DNA of 64,000 nucleotides from Bispira polyomma (Eukaryota): NCBI GenBank assembly GCA_965649765.1, contig OZ287754.1, positions 1,860,001 to 1,924,000 of the forward strand, read 5' to 3'. Shown piece by piece: positions 53,551 to 64,000 of this stretch (position 1 is its first letter; each line of letters starts with the position of its first letter). The notes under the pieces were generated by a model. It saw only the letters and a program-made list of their open reading frames with translations, ran no database searches and was not told where the DNA came from. The position numbers and the translations under genes were made by a program.

Positions 53551-53938
53551 TCTCTTTCCCGTTCTCAGCTCCTAAGCTGTGGAATGATCTGCCTCATAGT
53601 ATTTGTACTGCCTAAAAATGAAATGCATTAGATACAAAAAGATATAGTGTTCCGAAGCGCACACAAATAAGTTTTTTGTCTGCTATGTACATATATAGAT
53701 ATATGGTAGTTATGGTATGCTTTGGTGCATCATGACAAAAGCTGCTGTCAAAATATGCCTTAGATTTGTGCATAAATGGTTTGAAATGTGGAACATACAA
53801 CTTTTTAGGATTACTGTGTCTGGTACTAACAACAGAAGTCGAAAAACATATCTTAGGACGAAAGTACTTTGGTTGACCAGGAGAAGAGGAAGTAGTTTTA
53901 TTGTGACAAAATGTAACACATTTTTAATATACATTTAG

Positions 53939-54085
53939 CTTGCAGTGCTGACATCAGCAACTGCAGATATTGTGGTTGGAATGAAGATGATGATAGTAGT
54001 GGCAGCGGTAGTGGGGAGGATCGAGAGCATATCTGTAAGGAGTGCAACAAAGGCTATTTCCTTGATCCATTCCGGAAATGTGCAA
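53939..54085 (+). CDS. Host gene coding exon 3, furin-like Cys-rich repeat
   Basis: TTTAG acceptor and GTATGT donor, 147 nt, phase 1-1. Encodes (A)CSADISNCRYCGWNEDDDSSGSGSGEDREHICKECNKGYFLDPFRKCA. Confidence 0.8.
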
Positions 54086-56071
54086 GTATGTATTAATTAC
54101 AAATATATTCAACATTCTAGTGACTTGCCATATTTTAGCTATGCTTTATGGAGTGTTCATGAATATAGGGCTCTAAATGTTAAGTACTTAAGTAAAAAGT
54201 TTAAAAATGGAAATTTTTGCATATTAGTCATATAGTTTAACAAACGGATCAATGTATCAAATTATTATCACACTTAACCCTGTTAATCAATAACTAATAT
54301 GGCCAATGTTATATTAATGGAAGTAAAATTAATACAAGAGGTGTAGCCATACTAACAAGCAACACGTTTGAACATACTATGTTGCGATATGAACTTGATG
54401 CTGGATCCAGAAATCTCAAAGTTTTAAATTATGCATGTCCTCTCTACAATATAAAAAACAAAATATTATAGTGATGTTTTTGTAGAAAAAACTATTTTCA
54501 AGATGGTTTGAAAATGGTAGATTTAAGGGCATTCATATGCATTCATAAAATAACATGGCTAAGAAGGCTAATGAAAGAAGATAATGCACAATGGATCAAG
54601 TTGGTAATTTACTGTTAAATCCAAAAGGAAACTTATGCTTTTGGAAGGTCTGTCGTCAAAGGTAGTAATGAACCCAGTAACATACATTTTTGGTGGGACC
54701 TGTTGGAAACATGGAGTGCGATATTACTGAATATGCCAGTTAAAGACCCAAATGCTCTAAATAATCTCCTCCATTGTAACCCTCATATTTCAAGTGAACC
54801 TACATTTTACCCAAAAGGTTTGAAAAAGATATTGCCTGCCCAGTAAATATACGCGATAAAAATGTATTTTTTTTTCTCGCAGGTTAATACAAAAGACATT
54901 CAATATATCAGTTAATTTTCTGGTACTACCACAGGTTTAAATAAGTGTCTACGAGAAGTCTTCAAAAAAGGAACCTCATACCCAATCAATGATTAAGCAC
55001 ATTTAAATACATTTAGTGTACAAATCCGTTGGAAGTAGTCGAGATCTTTACAAAATCACAATGGTGAAACAGCACAGTGATAACAATACTAGAAAAAAGA
55101 AAGAAACAATTTTACACCTGTTTATAAGTTGCCCAGAGACCAGGGATGATGGCAAATGTATTGAGTAAGAAAAAAGGCAGGAATAAAAATAAATATGTCT
55201 TGTGAAAATATTCTATTTGGATATCATATAACCCCAAAATAGGGATTTACTCTCGAGTCTCAGTCAAACCCACCACGCTGTATTACTATGACTAATTAGG
55301 GAAATATACTGTAAACAGTAGTATCAAGCAAAGACAAACCTAAAATATGAACTCTTCAATACGAAATGGAAGCTAATTAATGCTATTAGGCAGACTGATG
55401 TCTTTTTTGTCATATTGTTAGTCCCCAGAACGACAAAAAAGATTAACATTTTTATGGCAAAGAAGACAATATTTGTGTACGTCAAATTAGGACATTAAAG
55501 GCAGTATTCGAGAAAATTGCTCAGCGTAGACTTTGTCTTTGACCTAGTATACTTTTGTGGAGATTTGGACAATGTCTACCCCTGAAATACCAAGTTCTTT
55601 CACCTCATGAATGCTTGTATCTTATTTTAAATATACATTATGTATTAATCAACCTTTCTAATATACATTGTGTATTGTGTTGGACGCCTGGATTTCTTGG
55701 GGGTTTCTCTGGTGTGGCTCAAATGGGCACAGTATCTGGATAAAAAACTTCACTATTTTATCCAAGAAATGCAGTATAATAATATGTCAAGTACTCATTT
55801 TAGCTAATCCCAGGTTCGCTTACTTTTAGTCACATGATAGATAATGCTGTGCTGTATGAACAGTATTTTGTTAGCTTTTTTTGTGTAGAGAGGAATTTCC
55901 CTGATTATTTTGTGATGTTTTTGGATGGGGTCCCTCTGAACAAATACACAGCTGTTATATTAATGGCACTATTAATGACATAGGCCAATCAGTATGTATA
56001 TACACGTTTTATCTTTAAGACATTTTCAACTAATAATACCCAAACCAAGGAAATGCATTGATATATTTTAG

Positions 56072-56197
56072 GATGTGAGGACTCCATTGCAAGCTGCACC
56101 AAATGTATATTATCTCAGGACCATGCAATTCCTATCTGTATGGAGTGTACTCCTGGCAAGTACCCGGATCCCAAACAACACTGGTCATCTTGTGAAG
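56072..56197 (+). CDS. Host gene coding exon 4, furin-like Cys-rich repeat
   Basis: TTTAG acceptor and GTGAAT donor, 126 nt, phase 1-1. Encodes (R)CEDSIASCTKCILSQDHAIPICMECTPGKYPDPKQHWSSCE, with a Cys pattern similar to exon 3. Confidence 0.8.
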
Positions 56198-56914
56198 GTG
56201 AATTTACAGATCTGTTTCATTTGTATATATGTTGTGATAAATTACAGTTTTGTGTCATTGAAAATTGCAGTAACATTATCAAAAACAAGGATTATTAGTA
56301 GTGATTGTACTTGCTGTAGGTACTTGTTTTCATTTTTTGGCAATGATATTAGAATATCACAAGGTCATGCCTTTTTCTTAGAATATAACTTTGGTGTTAA
56401 GTATATTCTCTGATATACCTGTCTGATATATACATATATATGTATTGGAAAATTGTTGTAATTTTGTTGGTAAGAGCTATGTCATTATAGCAGCAGTAAA
56501 TATTGCAGTAATGGACACTCACTATTTAAAAAAAAATATTTAAACTTTGACTTTGATGAAATAGTTTAAAAGGTTTATTTGATGTATTAATTCGAGTACA
56601 GTATTGAGTACATTACCTAGAATCTCCTTTTTAATTTATTTGCCAACTGCAAGAAAATGTAAATGTCATTATTAATATATAAAGAACTAACTATATCGAA
56701 GAAAATAAACCAATTGTATTATTAAGAGGTCAGTCTCATGAAATGATTGTGTCTGACCATGAAGGTCAGTGAGGTAAAACTTAACCTCAGTTCCCTTAGG
56801 CCAGTTATATAAGTGACTTTACTTATTAACACAGGAAAACAATTGTGGTACAATACTTTATTAGTGACTAGGGTTAGACTAACATTCACTATATACAGTT
56901 AAGTTGAGAGGGGC

Positions 56915-57148
56915 ATAAGGTAACCATAAATGCAGCAAATTTTAAGGTCACCATAAATTAGGGTAACCATGGAAAGCATGGTAAGTACTTAAGGTAACCA
57001 TAGAGTAAAATAAATTTTCAGAGAGTTAAGGCTACCATAAACTAGTCTAAGGAAACTATAAATTAAGGTGACCATAAAGTGCCCGATAAAAGATTAAGGT
57101 AACCATAAATAGGAAAATAAGTTAGAGGGAGTTAGAGGTTACCATAAA
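56915..57148. repeat. Array of ~9 TTAAGGTNACCATAAA motifs with variable spacers
   Basis: Copies start near 56915, 56942, 56958, 56989, 57026, 57047, 57063, 57094 and 57132. Confidence 0.8.
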
Positions 57149-57391
57149 CTAAGTAAAAAGTTAGATGAAGTTAAGTTTAATATATAGAGTGAAAGGTTTA
57201 AATCATTCACTGAAATTAGATTAGAATTTTATAAAGATTTGGATGAGTATGTTATGTACTAGCCAAATGTAAGGTTACCTTATGCGACAAACAAAAGTGG
57301 TTTTCTAATTTAATTGAGTATTTATATTTCTTGAAAAATATTTTCTGTTATACAGAGGGGACAGGAATTGTCCCAGACCTCAAATACCAAA

Positions 57392-58330
57392 TTAGTGTAG
57401 ACGTTGTAAAGCAACCTGGAAAGAGCCAGCCACCTGGGTACCGACATGAGCTGAGTCAGTGATGTAACGCCAAACACAATCCGATGTCCAGGTGCCATGG
57501 CGCTGAATGTCCTGTAAGGGAACATTATTGTTGAAAGCAAAAGTGGTACCTGAACGCCGGAAGGCGTGAAATGTAAGATTAGAATCTTGCAATTTTAACA
57601 AGTGAAGGAGGTTTTTAAAATGGCTACAAACACGTGAATCAGTAAGGGGAATCCAGGTGGAGTGTAGTTTGTACTGGAAGAGGGGAGCATTAGGGCCAGG
57701 GTGGGGGCAAGAGCCAAAGCTGCCTTGATAGCCTTAACCGGACATAAACTCGAACCTGGGAGGGCAGGAAGGGAAAGCAGCCTAACTGAATCTCTTTTCT
57801 GCATTGTTTTAGTCCATTTCACTAACAGTATGACGTAACCAGGTTCAAACATGACCTCCCCCCTGGCCAAATGTTTCAAAGGGGAAAATGCAATCACCGA
57901 ATGTGGGCACAGATTAGAAAGTCTTATAAAGCTAAAGAAACTGGTGAGATATACAGCCCTAAAAATTTGCCCCATGTATGTACAGTCAAATTTCTGAATA
58001 AGGTTCAAGAGCAGGGGAATGTCAAATAAACTTTTTAATTTCACTTTAAGAGGTCTATTTACCAATAAGGCCTTTGTGTAAAAGGCAATTTTGGCGTCCG
58101 AGAACACCTCAGTTTTTAGTTGGAACAAATTAAACTTGGCCTAAATAGCTGCCAAGTGGTTAGATATCTGGGAAGGGGTGACGCTATTAAAATTAAGGAA
58201 CTCCAAGTAAGCAAGTAATTGGGACGCATTCACCTGATTTATCTTCCAATCCATGAAAATAGCCTGAACATACTGCTGTAGGCCTTCCAGGTGGACGCAG
58301 CAAAGGCTGTATGCAATCTGTCACAAGCTA
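57392..58330 (-). pseudogene. Tyrosine recombinase (frameshifted)
   Basis: IRLSNL (R), KWTKT (K), HAFRRSG (HxxR), and HGTWTSDCVWRY (H/W and catalytic Y). Confidence 0.9.
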
Positions 58331-58396
58331 ACTTGGTAAGCAGTGCACCCTCTGGACTCGAACCTGACACAAAATATAAATAACAATCTTTAAATA

Positions 58397-60320
58397 TTAT
58401 ATACTCTTGTCGACCTTTAAGAGGTCTGTATGTGTGGGAATCCATACTACTGGTCCCACCCATTCATGCAGCAATCTGAGATTATCGTTAGTCTTGTCCC
58501 ACCTGGACAACAAGTTAGCCACTTTGTTTTTAACTCCCATTATATAAATTACTCTGAGATCAATGTCAAACTGACTGGCAATCATATAGATATTTCGAGA
58601 ATACGTGGCCAAAAGTGGGTCCTGTGTGCGCCCATGTATAAGTACGCTGACAACGGCCTGGTTATCGCACTTAAAAAGTACACATTTGCCCTTCCAGGAC
58701 GAAACCCAAAGCCTTAAGGCCACTAAAATATTGAGCATCTCCAGGGACGCTATGTTGTCCTGAGACATGTCTGAGGGAATGTTAAGCTTGTATACTTGGT
58801 TATCATAGATGCCCCTCATCCCAGTTAGGCAGGCATCCAGCTCTACCTGTGCATAAGTTGGTCTATGGGCAAAAAACTGACTCCATTGAACTGCTGCATG
58901 AACTTGAGGAACCACTTCAGATCTCTCCTAAAATCCTTAGTTATGGGGAAGTGTTTTTTGCTGTGATTGTCTCTTAAAGTTTGCAACATGTGGTTGAGGT
59001 ATACCCGAGAATATCTTATGCATTTCGACACATAAAGGAGGGACCCTAGCAGTGATTGAAATTCTCTCTTAGTAAAAGTACTCTTACCCTTCCACTGCTG
59101 ACATAATGCTCTGATTTCCCCCAGCTTCTCTGCTGGAATAGACATTGTAAAAGTCTCAGTGTTTACTAATATGCCTAAGCAAATTACCTCAGTACTAGGG
59201 GGAACAAGTTTCTTAGGACTGACCGTGAGACCTAGTTCTGTCAGCAGACCCTGTAGTCTGTTATATATCTCCCCAATTTTGCTGGGAAGGGCCACACATA
59301 GATAATTGTCGATATAAGCGTGTATATGGTAATCAGAAATTCGCTGGAAAATAGTGGAGCCATTCTGATATCCGAACGGTAACGATCTGTCCAGATAATA
59401 GGACCCCCATTTAAGACCAAGCAAATCCACATCTCCAGGGTCTATAGGCACGTGCCTAAATGCGTGACTTATATTGACTTTAAAGATATGGCAACCTCTG
59501 CCCAGCTCTGCCACTTCCCTAGTTACATTATCCACTGAGGGATAGGACAACAAAAATTCAGCCCCCAGATATTCGCACGCAGAAGCCCCTGCATTAACAG
59601 AACGACCAATAGGCCAACTGAGGTCTACAATGACCGTTCTGTTGGTTGAACTAGACTTATCACGGGTCATCATGGGATAGAAGTGCATGTTCTTTATAGG
59701 GGGTTTGTCAAAAGGACCCAGTATTGCCCCGAACTTACACTCATCCGTAAAATAGGTGTCCACGTGTTCGGGAAAGTCAATTGCCGATTTATGGTTTTCC
59801 TCGTGCGACTGATCAATGTTGTCACGACTGACATCAAGGGGGAAGCCATATTAAATAAGTAACGGTAACTGCCAGTCCCAGTAATTCTCGAGGTACTGAG
59901 CCCACTTTTTGGGTTTTAACTGAGAAGTAACCGGTAATTGCAACCCTTTAGAGTTTTGTCTGCCATCCTGGCGGAGTAATTTATGCATTCTAAGAATATC
60001 AGAACTATAATTTGTAGAGCCATGGTCCCACACCCTGCAGCCCAAGTCTGACAGTAGTGTGAAGCCATAGGCCACTCTGCTTTAAGCACGCCAAGCACAA
60101 TAAGTTTTAGTTTTTTGCTTCTTCCAGGAGTTCCCTCTTATATGCCTTTTGTTTTAACTCAAACGCATATTTGTCAGTTTCAATACTATTTGTACTGCTT
60201 TCAGTCTCGATACTTTTACAAGGATCCACCACATCAGCGATGGCCTTAAGTTTTCTAACTGAATTCTTTTTACAAGCCCGTGTTGGCTCCTTTTTTGGAC
60301 TACATACGGTAGCACCCACA
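58397..60320 (-). pseudogene. DIRS-type RT/RNase H (frameshifted)
   Basis: YGFPL, VDLSWP, AFRHVP, LPFG, YIDN (YxDD mutated), LDAC, EMLN, CDN. Confidence 0.9.
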
Positions 60321-60850
60321 GTGTGATTTTCTAAGCCATTGTCATCGATTCAGTTTAACACTTCAAATCTATTATAGACAGAGACCCCACTGGGGTCATT
60401 GTTTGCATTCGCACATGCATTTACACTTCTATTAATGTCTTTGACAGATTTTCCCTCAGTTTCCCCCTGTACAGTGCTTTTCCCCCCAACACTAGTCTTG
60501 CCCTTGTGCTGGGTGATACTGTGTGAGGTGAACTTATGGGGGACAATAGATCTATTACAGTCATTTTTAAAATGAGCATTAGAACTCTTGACCTGCCTGG
60601 CATGGTGCCTAACATTTAGATTTGACCTGGAAAAATACTTTTGACGACAGATTTTTGCCTGACATTTCAGGTCCCCATGTTTGTTTCGGAACCTCACTAT
60701 AACTACATTTATTCGCCACACTAGTTTTATTCACACGCGAATCCGTACTAAAAGGTCTGCTGAACAAATTCCTGGAAGTCAGTCCTGTAAAACTTCCCAC
60801 TATAAACCAGATTTTCAGCCACTGCATTTCTGCATTTCTGCAGTGGCCCC

Positions 60851-61890
60851 TCAGTTTTTTGCTGCTTTTTTACTGCAGTTTGCGGTTTTATGAGTTCCAC
60901 TACAGGTTTTACACAAGTGCTTGAAAAAAGTGGTGCCTGTCTTATGACTGGATGGGTATTTACAAGAGCCATCCTGAAAAAATTTACAATTAGCTGTCGT
61001 AGACTTACTAAAGGTTTGATTTTTTCCTACGCCTTTCGCAAGTGAACCCTGTAAACCACCACTGCCAGAGACATGCCTTTGAGCGTGTGCCCGCCTAAGC
61101 TGGTCAAGTTTGTCAACGTCGCTCCAATTAAGCTTATCCATCTCCATAGTTGTTAATACAACCGCGTAACATGCTTTGATGGCCTCCCAGGAAAAATCCT
61201 GGGAGTCCTTCATCAATCCGGCCATATAATCGAGCATGATCTCTTTGGTTTCGGGAGATTTTTTGTCCTGTATTATGCGTGTGAATCCGCAGACCCACTG
61301 ATTTAAAGTTAGGTCATCGTAAGGCGGTCTTGCCTTAAAGTTCCCGGATAGGACATGATTTTGAGGCCATTCCACCACGCGCTTTACTATGACGTCAACA
61401 CCTCCCCCCCTTTGTGATTTAATCTTACCTTTCACCGAGTTTTCATTTAACTGCTTGAGCTCGGCGAGTCTTAACTCGACTTGGTTTTGAATGTTGTTAT
61501 TCTGCTTAAGAAACTGTACACTTAGTACCACAGTATTTTCCCTATTCGCTGTGCTCTCCCCACTCGAACTGGTGGAAGCGGTGCTGGAAGCAGTATCTGA
61601 CTTAGCAGTGCTGACACAGTTAGCGGCTGCAAGAGTCGTTTCAGTTGCAGAAACTCGCTTTTTTAGTTTCTCCATTCACTGGCCCATGGCCTGTAATTGT
61701 GATAGTATTTGCCCGGAAACAACGGCCAGACTGTCAGCACCAACCGAACTGGTGTCGATAGTCTCTTCATCCGACAGAATTTCTTCAATAGCTACTTCCT
61801 CTGATAGCACAACCTGACATTTTTTGCCTACCGGACAGGCATGCTTAGTACCACATTTGGTACAACTGTATACCTTGACCTTAGGCATGT
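60851..61890 (-). pseudogene. DIRS gag-like ORF1 with Cys/His fingers
   Basis: N-terminal CTKCGTKH..P.GKKC and C-terminal CKFFQDGSC...H...CKTC...H...C; one in-frame stop at 61676-78. Confidence 0.75.
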
Positions 61891-61917
61891 TTATATCAGA
61901 GAGAGTTAATGTACAAT

Positions 61918-62330
61918 AATGCAAAATACTAAAAACAGTAAACACATGTAAAACAAATTTATCAACATCCACGCCCTTTGTTAATATTGCCGCCCTTTTA
62001 ATTGTGGCTTATCTGCGGTGTTTATACCAATACTAGAACAGTAGATCAGAAAACATATAAACAAAATATCAACATGCGCCCTTTGTGAATATTGCCGCCT
62101 TTTTAATTGTGGCTAATCTATAAAAACACTAAAACAGTAATGCAAAATACTAAAAACAGTAAACACATGTAAAACAAATTTATCAACATCCACGCCCTTT
62201 GTTAATATTGCCGCCCTTTTAATTGTGGCTTATCTGCGGATTTTATATCAATACTAGAACAGTAGATTAAAAACCATATAAACAAAATATTAACATCGGC
62301 GCCCTTGGTGAATATTGCCGTCCTTTTAGT
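61918..62330. repeat. 221-bp tandem duplication made of four ~110-bp subunits in the element 5' region
   Basis: GCAAAATACTAAAAACAG occurs at 61921 and 62142; the core CGCCCTT(T/G)GT.AATATTGCCG occurs four times. Confidence 0.85.
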
Positions 62331-63069
62331 TCTGTGTTGAGTGTTGAACTTGCTTCCTATGCTGCCGAGTTTGAAAAGGTAGAATTATTGACGAGAGACA
62401 GCTTATATAGTACCGCCAATGAGCTGTGACGAGGATTAGGCTGGTCCCCCAAGAACTGAACTCTTCACCACCGGGGTGGTGCTTTGCATTGTCTTAATAG
62501 TGGAGGTCAAAGTATGCTCGGTAGATGAGAATCGGATGCAGTTTGGGATAAATTTGTTTACAATCCATTACATTATATATACATCTGTACACAAAATTTC
62601 TAATTAAAAAATTTTAAAATGCCAAAGCCAAATTAGACAAGAGGTAATGTGTAATAATTATATTTATGTAAACATTACAAATATAAATGATAGTATTTAT
62701 TGTGTTAAAGCAAACTATTGAATCACATGAGGAAATAACTGTGCTAAGAATTCTAGTGATTTGCAATACCTAGTGTGATGTTATTGTGATTATATATACA
62801 CTGGTGTACATGAAATGTACCTAATGATATCTTAAATGTATCATTATTGTAATTACATTATGGTCCAACATTGAAGTATTAATTACATTAATATGATGTG
62901 TCATCAACATGAATACCTTTACTTATCAAATTATTTATATTTTTTGTGATAATATTCAGAAAACAATATGTGTGATATCTTCTGCTGAATTGATATATCG
63001 TCATTGAGATTTAGTTAAACAGAACTAAAGGACATCAATTTTCTGTCAGCCCGAAATCAGTTGTTGATA

Positions 63070-63715
63070 GAAGTGTATTATGTCTCAACGCCCACTAAAA
63101 TCTGGGTCTACTTGCTGACTGTCTTCTATCTGTAGAGGCTTGAATAATTTGAAATTAAATTAAGTCTAGAGTACGACCATTCTCTTCTGCTCAGAGCGAA
63201 AAAGTCTCACATAAACAAGTTGCAATCTATTCAAAACTATCTGTGTCGAGTCATTTTTCAACTGAACATCTGTACCGATGTCTTTCCATACCTCAAAAAG
63301 CTACATTGAATTCATGTAACTACTTTCAAATCTGTTATCTCTCAACAGCCCTCATATCTTGCTAATCGACTTTTCTTCAGTAATCTAAAAAAGGGAAAGA
63401 GGCCATCTGTTTCCTCTGCTAAACCTATCAAGAGGGCTGTATCTAAAGCTTTCTTTTGCAAATATAGTTGCTCCTATATTTTGGAATAGTATCCTTGTTG
63501 ACATTAGATCACTTGGAACACTTTCTCGTTTGATGAAGCTTAAAAACAATCTCTTCAAACTCACCTATCCTCCTTAGTTCCCTACCTATACACCCCCACA
63601 TCCTTCCTTGGGCCTTTGGTTATGTTTTGAACTTCTCTATGGGTTAACTGATTCTGTTGTTGTTTACAAGATGCCTCTCAGCAATAAGTCGTATTAACAA
63701 TCCATGATATAATAA
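63070..63715 (+). mobile_element. L2/CR1 3' fragment
   Basis: LLADCL, HINKLQSIQNYLCR, PYLKKLH and LFKLTYPP*, followed by a tail; same family as 5752-7580. Confidence 0.8.
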
Positions 63716-64000
63716 AATACAAATGGGATTAAAATGTTGTCCATGAGTTTTTGGCAGAAATTTATACTAAAGCTCGAACAAATAGAGATGATGAACAGTC
63801 GAGACAATGGGATATCAGATGCTAATGTCAGAATGTAATCATTTTATTTACCGGTGTCATATACATGAAAAACAATTCTAAACAGTAGATTAAAACATTT
63901 CAATGACTGATCAGATATTTTGCACATTTTTGTCTAATTTTAATTTGTTACATTCACAGACAGTTCATCCTCAAATTTGAATGAACATTAAGGTGGATTA

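Larger units (their letters stand above)
56770..62510 (-). mobile_element. Near-complete Ngaro/PAT-like tyrosine-recombinase retrotransposon (gag, RT/RNase H, YR), decayed
   Basis: Gag 60851-61890, RT/RH ~58397-60320, YR 57392-58330; no methyltransferase seen; termini approximate. Confidence 0.88.

Noticed and set aside
56915-57148. CRISPR-like array
   Set aside because: The repeats are only ~16 bp and degenerate, the spacers are irregular and too short, there are no cas genes, and the context is a eukaryotic TE.
56700-62560. Split direct repeats or ITRs defining the ends of the YR element
   Set aside because: I could not find matching terminal repeats by eye, so the termini and the Ngaro vs PAT assignment remain approximate.

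Overview
AT-rich, intron-containing eukaryotic (invertebrate-like) genomic DNA dominated by decayed transposable elements. From left to right: a minus-strand tyrosine-recombinase (DIRS-order) retrotransposon running off the left edge; an old ~10-kb tandem segmental duplication (~4.9-15.7 kb vs ~19.1-27.9 kb) carrying triplets of tRNA-like Pol III units and copy-specific LINE insertions, including an L1/Tx1-like LINE with a twin-priming 5' inversion and a 14-bp TSD; a packed TE cluster at 28.4-45.6 kb (L2/CR1, YR fragment, Mag-type Gypsy, an inverted-repeat-bounded DIRS-like derivative with a C2H2 zinc finger); four phase-compatible coding exons of a plus-strand host gene for a secreted Cys-rich (furin-like repeat) protein; and a near-complete Ngaro/PAT-like YR retrotransposon antisense in a presumed intron of that gene. 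The standout is a two-LTR Ty3/Gypsy element (36801-45556) with a very long coiled-coil Gag, a -1 frameshift signal with a predicted pseudoknot, protease-RT-RNase H and no recognisable integrase. A TatD-family nuclease ORF occupies the integrase position. All calls come from manual motif reading; no database searches were run.
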